Shown: positions 26,278 to 39,226 of the stretch, piece by piece
How positions within the stretch are numbered: the stretch's first letter is position 1
Layout: each line of letters begins with the position of its first letter
Assembly (NCBI GenBank): GCA_051294375.1
Contig: CM119263.1
Location: forward strand, 3,986,161 to 4,050,160
Direction of reading: 5' to 3'
Source: Paraspadella gotoi
Taxonomy: Eukaryota; Animalia; Chaetognatha
Length of the DNA: 64,000 nt
Translations under genes and position numbers: made by a program
The notes under the pieces: model-generated
Told to the model about the DNA's origin: nothing
Databases searched by the model: none
Seen by the model: only the letters and a program-made list of their open reading frames with translations

Positions 26278-27991
26278 CTATTCGTCGTCCGCCATCTTCG
26301 AAAGAAGATCGATTTCGGAGCCATAGAAAAGAAGACGACGAGGACTACCAATACTACGACGGTGACGACGACGACGACGACGTAGAAATCACTGAAGATG
26401 GAGTTATGAACTTTATCCTAAAATGACGGCGACTACGACGACGACGACGCTGATGACGACGATGACGATGACGACGACGACGAAAAGGACGAAAGGCGAA
26501 GCCACTTATAGGTGATCGCTAGAAATTTAATTTTAAAATTCGATTAGATTAAATGAAAAAAAAAGCCTCATAAGAAATCTTGCAAGAGAGAAAATTTTGA
26601 ATGTAAAACAACAACAACAACAACAACAACGATTTCGTGAGAAGATTTGGAGGATCGTGAAAAAATCCTTGAAACTCGAAGCGGATTAATCTTTTTTGAA
26701 GGAGAAACGAGAGGCTGTAGTCGTCGTTGTTGTTGTTGTTGTCTTCGTTGTCATTATTATCGTCGTTTTGTGTTGTCGTTGTGGTTTGTTAAGGTCAATT
26801 TCGATACTGAGAATTTTAATCCTCTTGGAATAATTAAGGATTAATCTAAAATCCAAAATTAAATTTTACGAAAAAAAAACCAAACAAACAAACAAACTGG
26901 AATTTATTGCGAGAAAAAGCAAATAAACTCATTCGAAAGCGAACCGTCGATTCGAATGGCACCTCTACGATAAAATTCCTTGCCGAATGCAATTACCCGG
27001 TATCGGCTTGTAGGTGAGGGTTCAATACTGGTTTTGTTGTTGTTGTTGTTGTTTTAGTTGTTGTTGGTTTTAAATTTATCTTCTTCGACTTCGTCTTCGT
27101 CTTTTTCGTCGTCGTCGTCGTCGTCCGGTCGTCGTCTCGTCTCGTTCGTGCTTCGTCCGTAGATTATGCGCGGCCCAACATTCTATGAGTTTGATCAAAA
27201 CAACGAGTCTGGCAAACCGAATGTTTGCCCAAAGAAAGAGAAAGAGAAGAGAGAAGAAGAGACAGAAGAGAGGAGAATGAGATGAAGTGACTGATGAGGA
27301 CGAGATGAGAGCAGAGAGCAGAGGAGCAGAGTAGGCAGAGAGGAGAGAGAGAGAGGAGAAAGCGAAGCGAGAGATTTCTACACCTGATGTCAGTGAGAAG
27401 CAGGAGAGAGTGAGAATCGCGGAAAAAGCAAAACAAAAAAATTTGCTCTCGTTGTATAGAGGTAACAAGAGAGCGCTTTCTGGCTTTCCCACTCCCGGCT
27501 TCCATCCCAGAAGACAGAGAGAGAGAGAGAGAGGAGAAGAGAGAGAGGAGAGAGAGATGAAGAGGAGCATGAGAGAGAGAGAGAGAACAGAAAGGTGAGA
27601 GTCTTAAAGAAGCCTTTGTTGGATCGTCGGCCGCGAAACAGCGCAAAAATCTCGTCAAAAGTGGATCTTGTTTTACTACTTTGTTTACTTTTTGTATACT
27701 TATTTTTTTAGTACTATATTTTATCTTTTTTTTTAATTATGAATTAAAAATTAAAACAAATACTGCTTTATGGAATCAATTAATAAACGCTAAAATCCTA
27801 ACTGATCAGAAACTAAAAACTAACATCAAATAAAGTCCTGTTTTTTTTTTTGTTTTTTTGTAAAGTTTTCAGCTCTGATTTCTGGAAAAACTAAATCGCT
27901 GAAGATTAATTAAAAAAAAACAGTTTCTTTTTGTTCACAGACGACGACTGTTTGAAACTCAATAAAACCGAAATAAACATAATAAAACTTT

Positions 27992-28041
<50 letters not shown>

Positions 28042-28044
28042 TCT

Positions 28045-28083
<39 letters not shown>

Positions 28084-29360
28084 CCCTCTTTTCCATCCGG
28101 CGATTGGCGGGACGTCCTTTCCATTTTTCCCTATTTTATCATTTTTTCCTTTTTTTTCCATTTTACCCATTTTTTTTTTTGCTGCGGTCTTCGTTTCTCC
28201 GAATTCATTTCCTCCGATTAGCCAATTTCCCCTCCTCTTTTTCTTCCTCCTTCTCCTACTTGTTTCCTTCCTCTCCTTCTTTTCCTCTCTCCTTTCTTCC
28301 TCCTTTTCTCCCTCTCCTTCTTCTCCTTATTTACCTCCTCCTTTTCTTATCTCTTATTCCTACCCTTTACTTTCCTCTCTTTCTCTCTCTTTTTCTCTCT
28401 TTTCTGCGCAATTGGTTTACTAATCCCTTTCCCAGTCCCCAACATAATCCCCTGTCTCCCTTCCCCTTTATTTCCTCTTCCTTCTCCTCCTCTCCTCCTC
28501 CTCCTCTTCCTCTCTCTTCCATTTTATCCATTTCTCTGTTCGATTCAACTTTTTTTTCTTTTTTCTTAATTTATTATTCTTTTCTTTTGTTCCTGTTTGT
28601 GAGGAGGAAAGAATTAAGAGGAAAAAAGGAGATGGCGACGTTTAAAATGATAATGAAACATTTCTCCGATCTCCTCGCTCTTCTTTCTTTCATCTTCTTC
28701 TCTTTTCCTCTTTCTCTTTTCTTATTTTTTCTTAATGTATCCTACCCTTTTAAAAGAAAAATTCTTTCTTTTTCCTTTTTTCTTCTTCTCTTCTCTTCTT
28801 TTCTTCTCTTTTCTCCTCTTTCTCTTTTCTTATTCTTTTCTCTTTTTCTTTTCTCTTCTTCGTCATCCTCGCCCCCATTTTTTTAAAAACGAAAATTCTT
28901 ATTTTTTCTTTTTTTCTTCTTCTCTTCTCTATCATTTCTTCTCTTTCTCCTCTTTCTTCTATTTCTTATTCTTTTTCTTTTTCTTTTCTCTTCTTCTCAT
29001 CCTCGCCCCATTTTAAAAAGAAAATCTTATTTTTCTTTTTTCTTCTTCTCTTCTCTTCTCTTTCTTCTCTTTTCTCCTCTTTTATCTCTCTCTTNNNNNN
29101 NNNNNNNNNNNNNNNNNNNAATACTGCTTCATGGAATCAATTAATAAACGCTAAAATCCTAACTGATCAGAAACTAAAAACTAACATCAAATAAAGTCCT
29201 GTTTTTTTTTTTGATTTTTGGTAAAGTTTTCAGCTCTGATTTCTGGAAAAACTAAATCGCTGAAGATTAATTAAAAAAAAACAGTTTCTTTTTGTTCACA
29301 GACGACGACTGTTTGAAACTCAATAAAACCGAAATCAAAACATAATAAAATTTTCTCTCT

Positions 29361-29434
<74 letters not shown>

Positions 29435-30737
29435 GTCCCTCTTTTCCATCCCGGCGATGGCGGGACGTGCCTTTCCATTTTTTCCCTATTTTATCATTTT
29501 TTCCCTTTTTTTTCCATTTTTACCCCATTTTTTTTTTGCTGCGGTCTTCGTTTCTCGCGAATTCATTTCCTACGATTAGCCAATTTCCCTCCTCTTTTTC
29601 TTCCTCCTTCTCCTACTTGTTTCCTTCCTCTCCTTATTTTCCTTCTGTCTCCTTTCTTCCTCCTTTTCCCTCTCCTTCTTCTCCTTATTTACCTCCTCCT
29701 CTTTCTTATCTTATTCCTACCCTTTACTTTCCTCTCTTTCTCTCTCTTTTTCTCTCTTTTCTGCGCAATTGGTTTACTAATCCCTTTCCCAGTCCCCAAC
29801 ATAATCCCCTGTCTCCCCTTCCCTTTTTCCTCTTCCTTCCTCACTCCTCCTCCTCCTCTTCCTCCTCCTTCCATTTTATCCGATTTTCTCGTTCGATTCT
29901 TAACTTTTTTTTCTTTTTTCTTTAATTTTTATTGCTTTTCTTTTGTTTTCCTGTTTGTGATGAGGAGGAAACGAATTAAGAGGAAAAAAGGAGATGGCGA
30001 CGTTTAAAATGGAAACATCTTCTCCCCGACTCTCTCTTCTTATTTTTTCTTATTCTTTTTTCTTCTCTCTTCTCTTCTCTTTCTTCTCTTTTCTCCTCTT
30101 TTCTCTTTTCTTATTCTTTTCTCTTTTTCTTTCTCTTCTTCGTCATCCTCGCCCCCATTTTTTTTAAAAACGAAAATTCTTTGAAAATCGAGTTCACGTT
30201 CGAGTCCCATTTTATCATCTTCTCGGTTCCGGTCAGAATTCATTCAATTTCAGACGCTCTTTGTCATCTTTGGCGTATTTGTCCTTTTTGTCATCCTCGT
30301 CGTTTTTTTCATCTTGTTACCTTTATCATCTTTGTTATCTTTGTTATCTTTTTATCTTTATAATCTTTGTTATCTATGTTATTTTTGTCATCTAAATTCT
30401 CTCTGTCATGTCTGTAATCTTTGTCAAGTTTTGTCTTAATCATCTTTCTTCTTAGTCATCTTTTTCATGTCTGTTTTATTGTCATCTTTGTGATCTTAGA
30501 CAGCTTCATCCTTATTGTCATCATCACATTTTAGTCCAAATTGAATTTTTTTTCTTTTAGTTCTTTTTATTACCTTTAACTCGTGTCTTTATTCTTGTCT
30601 TTGTCATTATAATCATTGTTAATATTGTCATTGAATTCCCCTTTGTCATCTTCGTCTTTCGTCGTCTTTGTCGTCGTCATTTTTTTTATCCTAAGCCTAA
30701 GGTTGGAAGAATTTCTCGAACGACGATTTCTTCCAGC

Positions 30738-31085
30738 ATGGAGACATGGCATGGTAAGGTAAAGTGTTATTCCATGGCAGCGATTTCTAGTTCCTCAATC
30801 ATTTATATGGCAAATTTCTGCAACAACGTGACACCACAACTGGAAATTCATCGCAACAGCAACGATGGTTTAAATGACGACACCAAGTCGCTTCCTATGG
30901 AGACACATTATATTATATACATTTACTATTACATATACTTATACATAGTATACAGTGTTTTTATTTCATCAGAAACTTCTATCGCTCAACAGCGTATCTA
31001 TGGCGACAGCAACCGCATTACCTTGTTTCTATGGCAACCGCGACCGCGTTTCCTTGGCAACCACGACGGCGGTTCTATGGTGACG
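30738..31085. promoter_or_regulatory. Cluster of RFX X-box-like motifs (duplicate at ~42105-42456)
   Basis: GTTTCTATGGCAAC (31025), GTTTCCTTGGCAAC (31048), GTATCTATGGCGAC (30994), GGTTCTATGGTGAC (31071), TTCCTATGGAGAC (30892); the consensus X-box is GTTNCCATGGNAAC. Confidence 0.45.
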
Positions 31086-31614
31086 CCTTCAAGGTTTTCC
31101 CTCGAGACAAAAAGAAGATTAGGAAATTTACTTTTGTTCTTCAAAGCGGAAAATCGGGGATCAGACAGAAAAGAGGAGATGAAAGAAAGAAAAAAAAGAA
31201 TAAAAAATTATTGGACAAAAAAGACAAAAATGAGGTGATGGTCCACCATGTGAACATGGGGTGAACATGGGATGAACATGGGGTGATCATGGTGGTGATC
31301 ATGGGGTGATCATGGGGTGAACATGGGGTGAACATGGGTTGAACAAGAAAGAGAGCTAAAGAAAAGGATAAAAAAAAAAAAAGAAAAAGAAAGAAATGCA
31401 CGCGAACTTAATTTAATAAGAAAGAAAAAAAAGAAAGCAATACGTCGGGATTACTATGTGAGAAGAATTATGAAGTGAGCATGAAATAAGAAAAGAAAAT
31501 GTAAAATTCTAAGAATATAGAGTAATGTTTTAATTATGGGCGAGAGAAGAAAAATAATTAAGGTTGGGTTGATAATAAAAGAGAAGAGCAAAGTAGAATC
31601 TTGTAATCTGTGAG

Positions 31615-31850
31615 AAGAAATTTGCCGACAAATCAGGCGAAGAGATTTGCCGACAAATCAGGCAAAGAGATTTGCCGACAAATCAGGCGAAGAAGATTTG
31701 CTGACAAATCAGGCGAAGAGATTTGCCGCCAAATCAGCGAAGAGATTTGCGACAAATCAGGCGAAGAGATTTGCCGACAAATCAGGCGAAGAGATTTGCC
31801 GCCAAATCAGGCGAAGAGATTTGCCGTCAACGCGGGAGAGGATTTGCCGT
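31615..31850. repeat. 25-bp minisatellite with palindromic core GATTTG-CCGA-CAAATC (duplicate at ~42968-43200)
   Basis: About 9 contiguous units with no spacers. Confidence 0.9.
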
Positions 31851-31886
31851 GAATCCCTTTACAAAAGAAGAGAGAAAACCGGAAAT

Positions 31887-31954
<68 letters not shown>

Positions 31955-32280
31955 GAGAAAGGATTTGGAAAACAAATAACCAAGGATACAAGGATATAAC
32001 TTTTCGCATTGATGACCAAGTTAACTTTTTCCTTTATAAGTAAGCAGCCTTTGTCAGTCGCTGCCTTTCGTTTCTTTGTGACTGCAACGAAATATTGATC
32101 ATGTTTCTGTCTTCAAGTCCTTTACCATGTCCCTTTGCCATGTCTTAGATCGAGTTTCAAGCAGACTTTGACATCTTTTACTACTCAGGAATCACTCAAA
32201 TAGCCATTTAGTCATTTAATTATTCATTTTTTATATTTCCACCAAAATAACTAAAATAATATTCTACTTAACGTCGTTAA

Positions 32281-32596
32281 TATTATCAAAGATGGAATCA
32301 GAACCAGAAACAGAATCGGATCCCCGACTCGGATGAAATCAACCGAGGACTCGCTCATTGGACGAATCACCATCGGAACGAGCCAATAAGAAGACGGGCT
32401 TCATGCCATCGGGAAAATGAACTCGTGTCGATGATCCGATCCTGTATAAATACTGACCATTTTTGTATTGATTCCATCTGTCTCAAATTCTCACACCGTC
32501 TTGCTCATCTTCTATCTGAGAATAAAATCCCCTTTGGTTTCACGTTGAAAATCTCTGTCCACTTAAATGTGGTGGCAGCCGTGGGATTCGAACCCC
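32281..32596 (+). mobile_element. LTR-like unit plus tRNA-Leu-derived PBS extension (shorter allele)
   Basis: Same as 43635-43956 but with a short deletion in the tRNA-derived tail; TTAA on both sides. Confidence 0.7.
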
Positions 32597-35030
32597 TTAA
32601 ATGATGTTATCGTCGTTTTTTGCGCCAATTTTAATTTCTACTAAACGATTTCGACGGCGAAAAGCGTAGACACGGTTGTTGAAAGGGTCGCCGACAGATT
32701 ATTTAAACTGGTTATTGCTACCGGTCGGTTGACACGCTCGTTGACACGGTTTCTGAAATATTATTTAAATGGGTATTGCTCCGGTCGTTGACACGGCTGT
32801 TAAATATTTCCGTGTTTTCACGTTTCCAAAAATCGTTGCTTTTTTGCCTAAAACGTTTATTACATATCTGAGTTAAGAAAACTTCCCTTCGTGAGACAAA
32901 GCAAAAAGTAAGTTAGTAGTTCTCACGCTTTACGACCGTGAAGCAGGTTCGTTTTAATGTTACTTTAAATGATTTAATTTAGTACTAAGGTTTTTATTAA
33001 ATCGTTTTATATTATTTTTTATAGCCCAGCATTCCATGGCGTTCTATGCCGTTCCATTCTGTCCATTATGTCTTCTGTATCTCGATCGCATCATGTTTGT
33101 ATCTCGATCGTATTTCGACTGCATCGACATATTGGTTACTCAATATTATTCAGGTTTCTAATTTTGAACTCTATACGGGCGTTGAAATGGGTAAATCAAC
33201 TATCCGACGCCAAAGAAATCGCAGCCGCCGCCGCCGCAGCCGCCGCAGCCGAATCACGACGTCTGTTTTCGACACAAACAATCCGCTTTTTCTCTTTTCG
33301 TCTCAAGTTTAAACTTCCTTCACTTACCTTTCGCTTTCCTTACCTCCCTTACCTCGTTTTTGTCCATCCCCACCGCCGCCCTCCCCCGTCACCCACAACC
33401 CTCGACCCACTTTTCAACTTCCCCTCCCTTCTTTTTAGGAGACGAAAGAAAAAGCGAATTCAAACGAGTTTTGACAGAAACCAATAAATTTTTATTCACG
33501 TTCCTCGTAGTTGGTGGAGATAGAAAGGGAAGGAGAAAGAGATAGAAAGGAAGGAGGTGGAGATAGATTAGGGTGAGGGAAGGTAAAAAAGAAAAGAAAA
33601 AACATTTATTAAAGGAGGCTCTCTCTCTTTCTCTTTCTCTCTCTCTCTCTTTCTCTCTCTCTCTCCTCAGTAGTGACCACAATAATAAATACAAAATGCC
33701 TTAAATTACAAAAAGAACATAAATCACATATATTCTTTTTTTTTCATTTTAATTCGTTTCCATTTTTTTCCTCTTTTCCTTTTTTTTCTTTTTTTTTCAA
33801 TTTTAACCTCAGTTTTTTTCCTACTTTTTTTTATCATTATGAACCTCGCAGTTTTCTCCTCTTCCTCTACCCCATTCTAAGTAAGGTTTTTTTGCAAATC
33901 GCCTCTCATCTCATCTTACAAGTAAAATGTAGCTTTCAAACGGTCATCTCAATTTTAATTTATTATGGATTATCTCTAATTACTTATTAAACTGTTATAC
34001 CACTTCATTCATAAGAAAGCCAGGTACTTCTGGAAGTGAAGAAAAGAGACTGTTACAGAGTCTGATTGAAAGCTTGCAGGGACCTGCTCTGTCATTATCT
34101 AGTAAGAGTGATGGAGGCCTTAAACCAGATAAAATGTTCAAGACAGAGGCAAGATAGCTTGTTTTTAAATGAATGGATAATTTTATATTGGTTGTACCAT
34201 TTCATAAGTATTCATAGTATTTATAGTATTGTATTCTTTTTTGTTCCATTTGCAACTTCTGCTTTAAATTGAATTTTAGTTGTGGTTTGATGTTTTGTTT
34301 GTTACTGTATATCTCACACAATGTTTTCAGTCTAAAAAATAAAATAGTCTCAAGATGGCGATTTCTCTCGTCATTGTGAGTGTGCTCAACGTTCTGGACT
34401 TATTGACGGACATACGGACCACAGCATCACATTTGACGTCGGACAGCGTGACGTCACGCATCATCGGTTGGATCCTTGGTGCCATCTTGTTAGGCCACGC
34501 TCTCGTTTCTTGACTGGAGATTCTCGGCCAAGTATTCAATTCTAATAAAGAAAATCATGCAGACAGACTTTATTTGATCCACATCTTTTTTGAGTCCTTT
34601 GCTCAACTGATTTTTCAAACTAACTCAGCGGTTCTGTCATGGACCGCAGAATGTAAGCAGATTTGCATCCAGCAAAATTCTTTGAAGAAATATGTGCCAT
34701 CATTACAACGGGTCTATGAACTTAATGCAAACAGTGACCTAATGCAAACTAATATTGAACGCGAATGTAGCACTGCGTGCAAAGGTAGTTTTTGGGTTCT
34801 TTTTTAACTGTTGATTGATTGATTTTTTATTGAGTGATTTTTTGATTATTTATTGCAAGATTGATTGACATTGATAGGTTTTTTAACTTCATAGATGGAA
34901 TATTTGTAAATTATCTGCATAATTACCGAGAGCCAGCTTGAAAAAAAATTACTTCATTACATTTTTTAATTATCTTTATAATGAGCGGCTTTCTCTCTCA
35001 TTATCTCTCTCTCTCTCTGAATTCAATTAA

Positions 35031-35805
35031 AACAAGTTTGAGCAAACAATGTCTGATCTGCCCACGATCATTATCCGGTAATTAATTAAAATAATTATTT
35101 AATTAATTAATAATTAATTTATTCAAGTTATTTATTTAAATAATTATGCAATTATGCAATTAATTTGATCTAAAATGTTTGTTTTAATTGATTAATTAAC
35201 TGATTAATTAATTATTGATTATTTAATTGACTAATTGATTATTTAACTAATTAATTATTTGATTAATTAATACATCTTGCATTTACATTTAAAATAAAAA
35301 GAAAAAAAAGCATAATCAATTAGTGGAACAGGTTCTTTGTTTTTTTCCATTTACACTAATTTCCACTCAAACGATTCCATCGAAACTTAATTTCCAGTTT
35401 AATCACACACTTTTCCACCCAAATACAAAATTTCAAGTCATCGCCCCATCCACTCATGAGTAATTGGTGTTCAAATAGTGAAATATATTTTTTTGTTTTT
35501 TTCATTTAAACTCATTTCCACTCGGGCGATTCCATCGAAACTTCATATCCAGCTCAATCACACACTTCCCTACCCACACACAAAATTTTCATTCCAATCC
35601 ATCCATCCAATCACGAGTAATTGGTTTTTTTTGCTAAGGTGGGACGGACGACGGACGGACGGATGGACAAACGGACATCGTTTTTTTTGCATAATTTTAT
35701 CATAATTCGATGTTCTGACATGATATAAGTTAATGCCCGACAAGATTGAGGGGCGGACCGACGGACCGACAAAGTGAATTATAGAGTCGGGATCCGACTA
35801 AAAAA
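35031..35805 (-). mobile_element. Helentron-associated non-autonomous element (HINE/DINE-1-like); duplicate at 48571-49345
   Basis: Minus strand begins TTTTTAGTCGGATCCCGACT (hairpin), has a (GTCC)n microsatellite, and ends GGCAGATCAGACATTGTTTGCTCAAACTTGTT. Absent from paralog B. Confidence 0.75.
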
Positions 35806-37359
35806 AATATACGAAGATAAAACTAATTATAAAACTTTAATATTAGGTCATCGAAATCAAGACCAGATTTGGTTTCTCCCTTGGCCTTGAGGTCTAATTT
35901 CAAAAACCCTTATTTCTCTATTCAAAAGGAAACCATGATCTGGTTTGTTACGAATGATTTATGCTTCTTGGCCAGTAAGCGACTACTTCCTTCTGGCATC
36001 AATGGCCTTGTCAACAGCCATCAAATACCAAAATCAAATTACAAAATTATTGCAGGTATTTAATAAATATTTCTTTAATAATGGAGATGTAGAAAAAATT
36101 AAACATAAACATGGTATAAAAATTTTATGAATTTCACGTGAAGATTTTCTACATTTTTAAAAAATGCCTTCCCTTTATTCCTTTTCTTTTTCAATCCATT
36201 GCTTAAGCATAACATATTCGAGTTTGCTTCTCAATGCTTACTCCATCTTAACCACAGGCCTGGGCACTTTCTAACTTTCTAACCCTAAGCAACATCCTCA
36301 TTTTTGAAGATGCAGTCAATTTCAATCCTATTTCACTCTATTTTCATTTTTAATCCCTTTGCGGGTTTTCACTCCTGCTATGACCTTTGTATTGATGAAG
36401 GATCTGCTTCTTGGCTGTGAACTGCGGTGGCAACTGGATCGAACGCTGCTCCACGCTCCCCTGCTACAGTCCAACTTGAATCTTCTTCTTTATTCATTTA
36501 TGTTTTTCTTGAAAAAACAAAATGCAATGCTTTATAACTATTATATTATTGGATGGGGTCTGCAGTCGTTGATTTTTGACAGATCCGCCATTTTGGTTTT
36601 CTTTGGAAGCCATTAACCGCATGATCAATGTTATTTTACCACAAAAAGGAATTATCAACAGGATGGGATGAGAGAAGGCAGTTTTTCCTAGCAATATTAC
36701 CTTCTTACTGGATGAAGAAATGTTACCTAAACATTACCGTATTTTACAATGCTCTTCATTCTGGAAAATTATTTTATTTTAACATTCCTCACATAACTTT
36801 TTGGTTTTATACTTAAAAAATATTTTTGGGAAATACTTGTTGGCTTCAATAACTCAGTATCTATTTGAACCATGTAGTGCCTCGATACAATATATAAATT
36901 TGTTTTCTTTCTTTTGGTTTAGTCTACCTTGGACTAAAAACCACAAATGCCATATTTTAGAGAAATCTGCCATTGATTCAATGTGGTATCATTATGCGTT
37001 TTTGAATGTAATTTTAATTTTAAGTCCTATATTTCTGGTATGTCTTTATTTTCTTTCAACTTGAAAAAATATTGGTAAAAGCGCCTGTTTTGAATTATGG
37101 TTTTCAGGTTATTTTTAGTCTTTCAGTAAATTAGTGTTTTATCTTTGTCTCTGACACCAATACTAAACTGTCGGTATTCGTGTAATTTTCAGTAAAATAA
37201 ACAACGACAACTACAAAATATCCTGGAAAAAAATATTTTTTTTTTCGGATTTTATTTTATGGATCACTTATTTATATTTGAGCCAGTCCTCACAACTTAG
37301 AACCCATACTAATTTATCGTCCAAATTTGAAATCTTATCGAAATATTCAAATTATTTTC

Positions 37360-37610
37360 ATACTGAGGCGACTTACCACCGGTCTCTCTCCTCTTTCTCC
37401 GTGCCGGTCTCTCCACACGGTCACTTTGCCCTAGCTTTGGCAATGACCTTAGATTGACGGGACACAGTAATAGGGCCGAGGCGACCGTAAAGGTCAAAGT
37501 TGGTCCGGGCAATGATAAAAGTGGATCAGGAGAGAGCTCGTCTCACTTCATTTCTACTTCTCTTTACATCGTCACAATTCTTCACCTTCTCCTCACTTTT
37601 ATCATTATTA
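37360..37610. mobile_element. ~250-bp structured insertion in XK paralog A (duplicate at ~50926-51173)
   Basis: Absent at the orthologous position of paralog B (~57538-57551). Contains several hairpins and an ATT-rich end. Confidence 0.6.
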
Positions 37611-38103
37611 TTTAGCGAGTTGTTAATCTATTTGCCAGTTTATCAAGTGACCCAATCTTTGTACAATGAACAGTTTTGTGAAGTTTATAATTAAAATGAC
37701 AAAAAAGTTGACAAATTCGAATGTCTCATCGGTTTCAAAAATATTCGATTCTCATCTCATGATATTTTTTGAAAATATGACAGACATTGTTAGTTCAAAA
37801 TTTATAAAGAGAATGTCAATTTGCTTTTGTCCTAATGCTTATTTTTTGCAATGAGTAAGATTTGGTCAAAAAAAAAATTACCCCAATATTTGTCTTACAA
37901 ATAATTGTTTTCAGTATTAAAAAAAATACTTCTATAGTATAGGAGGCAAATAAACTTTTTTGATTGGTTTTATGCTTTTTTAAAGTATAAGAATGCTTTT
38001 AGCATAGTATACATTACACTTTTGGTCAAAAAAAGTTGAGGTTAGAAGATAAGGTTTGGGTTAGTTATTTTTACAGTCTAATTTTTAATAAAACTTACTT
38101 TTA

Positions 38104-38237
38104 TTTAAAAACTTAATAATGATGTAGTCAAAAAAGTAAATTAACGTAAGATTTCAGAATGTTTACTTTTTTATCATGCATTCTGAAATCTATACATTAA
38201 TTGATTTTTTTGACTATATCATTATTAAGTTTTTAAA
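38104..38237. mobile_element. ~130-bp fold-back palindrome (MITE-like); duplicate at ~51664-51798
   Basis: TTAAAAACTTAATAATGATGTAGTCAAAAAA...GATTTCAGAATG / CATTCTGAAATC...TTTTTTGACTATATCATTATTAAGTTTTTAA. Confidence 0.7.
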
Positions 38238-38292
38238 AGAGTCAAGACAGCAAGAAATACATAAAGTATTTGTCGATTTAAGCTTATTCTTT

Positions 38293-38502
38293 AGAGAATT
38301 GACAAAATTTTTGTTTGCAACGAATTTTTATTTATAGTTGAACAGACATGTTTCGACTTGTTTTTACAAGTCTTCATCAGCGTTTTTGTAAAACAAGTCG
38401 AAACATGTCTGTTCAACTATAAATAAAATTCGTTGGCAAACAAAAACTTTGTCAATTCTCTAATTAATAGTAACAACGAAAAAGAAAGGATTACTTCAAT
38501 AT
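38293..38502 (+). mobile_element. ORF-less Penelope-like inverted-pLTR insertion with TSD
   Basis: Palindromic arms 38291-38463, tail CAACGAAAAAGAAAGGA, and 12-bp TSD AGCTTATTCTTT at 38281 and 38503. Confidence 0.85.
38341..38384 (-). ncRNA. Minimal type I hammerhead ribozyme
   Basis: Minus strand AACG-CUGAUGA-A-GACUUG-UAAAAA-CAAGUC-GAAA-CAUGUC^UGUU: intact core, perfect 6-bp stem II, palindromic stem III. Confidence 0.85.
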
Positions 38503-39226
38503 AGCTTATTCTTTTAAAAATCTTCTTAAAATTTTGTTTTACTTACCTTATAAAAGTTTAAATAAGTTTAATTTGGATGGTTATGAAAAGCTTAAATTGG
38601 AAGAAATTAAAGAGAAGACATTCCACTATCATATTCAGAAGAGACCATTGAAAAATATTAATAAGAATGGCTTTCATATTATGCAATGTAATTCGAGCAC
38701 ATAAAAATGACTTAATGTTTGAAAAACATCCACAATGCCTTGTAGTTGCTCATGCATATGAAAGCAAAAAACAGAAAAATCCTTGACTCATTTTTTATTT
38801 TATCTCAAAATCGTTAAGACAGGGCTGAATGTCAAGTTTTGCCTCTTATATATGGTCCCACTCCTGTATAATTACGTACTAAACTATTATAGTGTTATAC
38901 CACTCCATTGAAAGGATAGCCAGGTACTCTGGAAGTGAATAAACAAAAACAGAGTTTTGATTGAAAGCTTGCAGGGACCTGCAATGTTATTATCTTGTAA
39001 GAGTGATGGAAGCTTTAAACCATTATATCCTGTTTAAAGTCAGGGGCAAGATAGCTCATTTATTAAATGAAAAGCCAATTTTTATATTGATTGTATCAAA
39101 TTTCTTATTAACCGTGTTTTGTATTCTTTTTTGTTCCATTGGCCAACTTTCTACTTAAAATTCGATTTTACTGTACATCTAAAACCAAATAACACAATAT
39201 TTTCAGTAAAAAAAAATTGTCTCAAG

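Larger units (their letters stand above)
34355..37858 (+). pseudogene. XK-related (Xkr/CED-8-like) membrane protein pseudogene, paralog A
   Basis: MAISLVIVSVLNVLDLLTD..IGWILGAILLGH N-terminus and HIFFESFAQLIFQ (XK-family FLESxPQLxLQ motif). Premature TGA near 34511, deletions, HINE and 250-bp insertions in coding sequence. Confidence 0.7.

Noticed and set aside
31615-31850. CRISPR-like array of palindromic repeats
   Set aside because: Units are contiguous with no unique spacers, there are no cas genes, and the context is eukaryotic.
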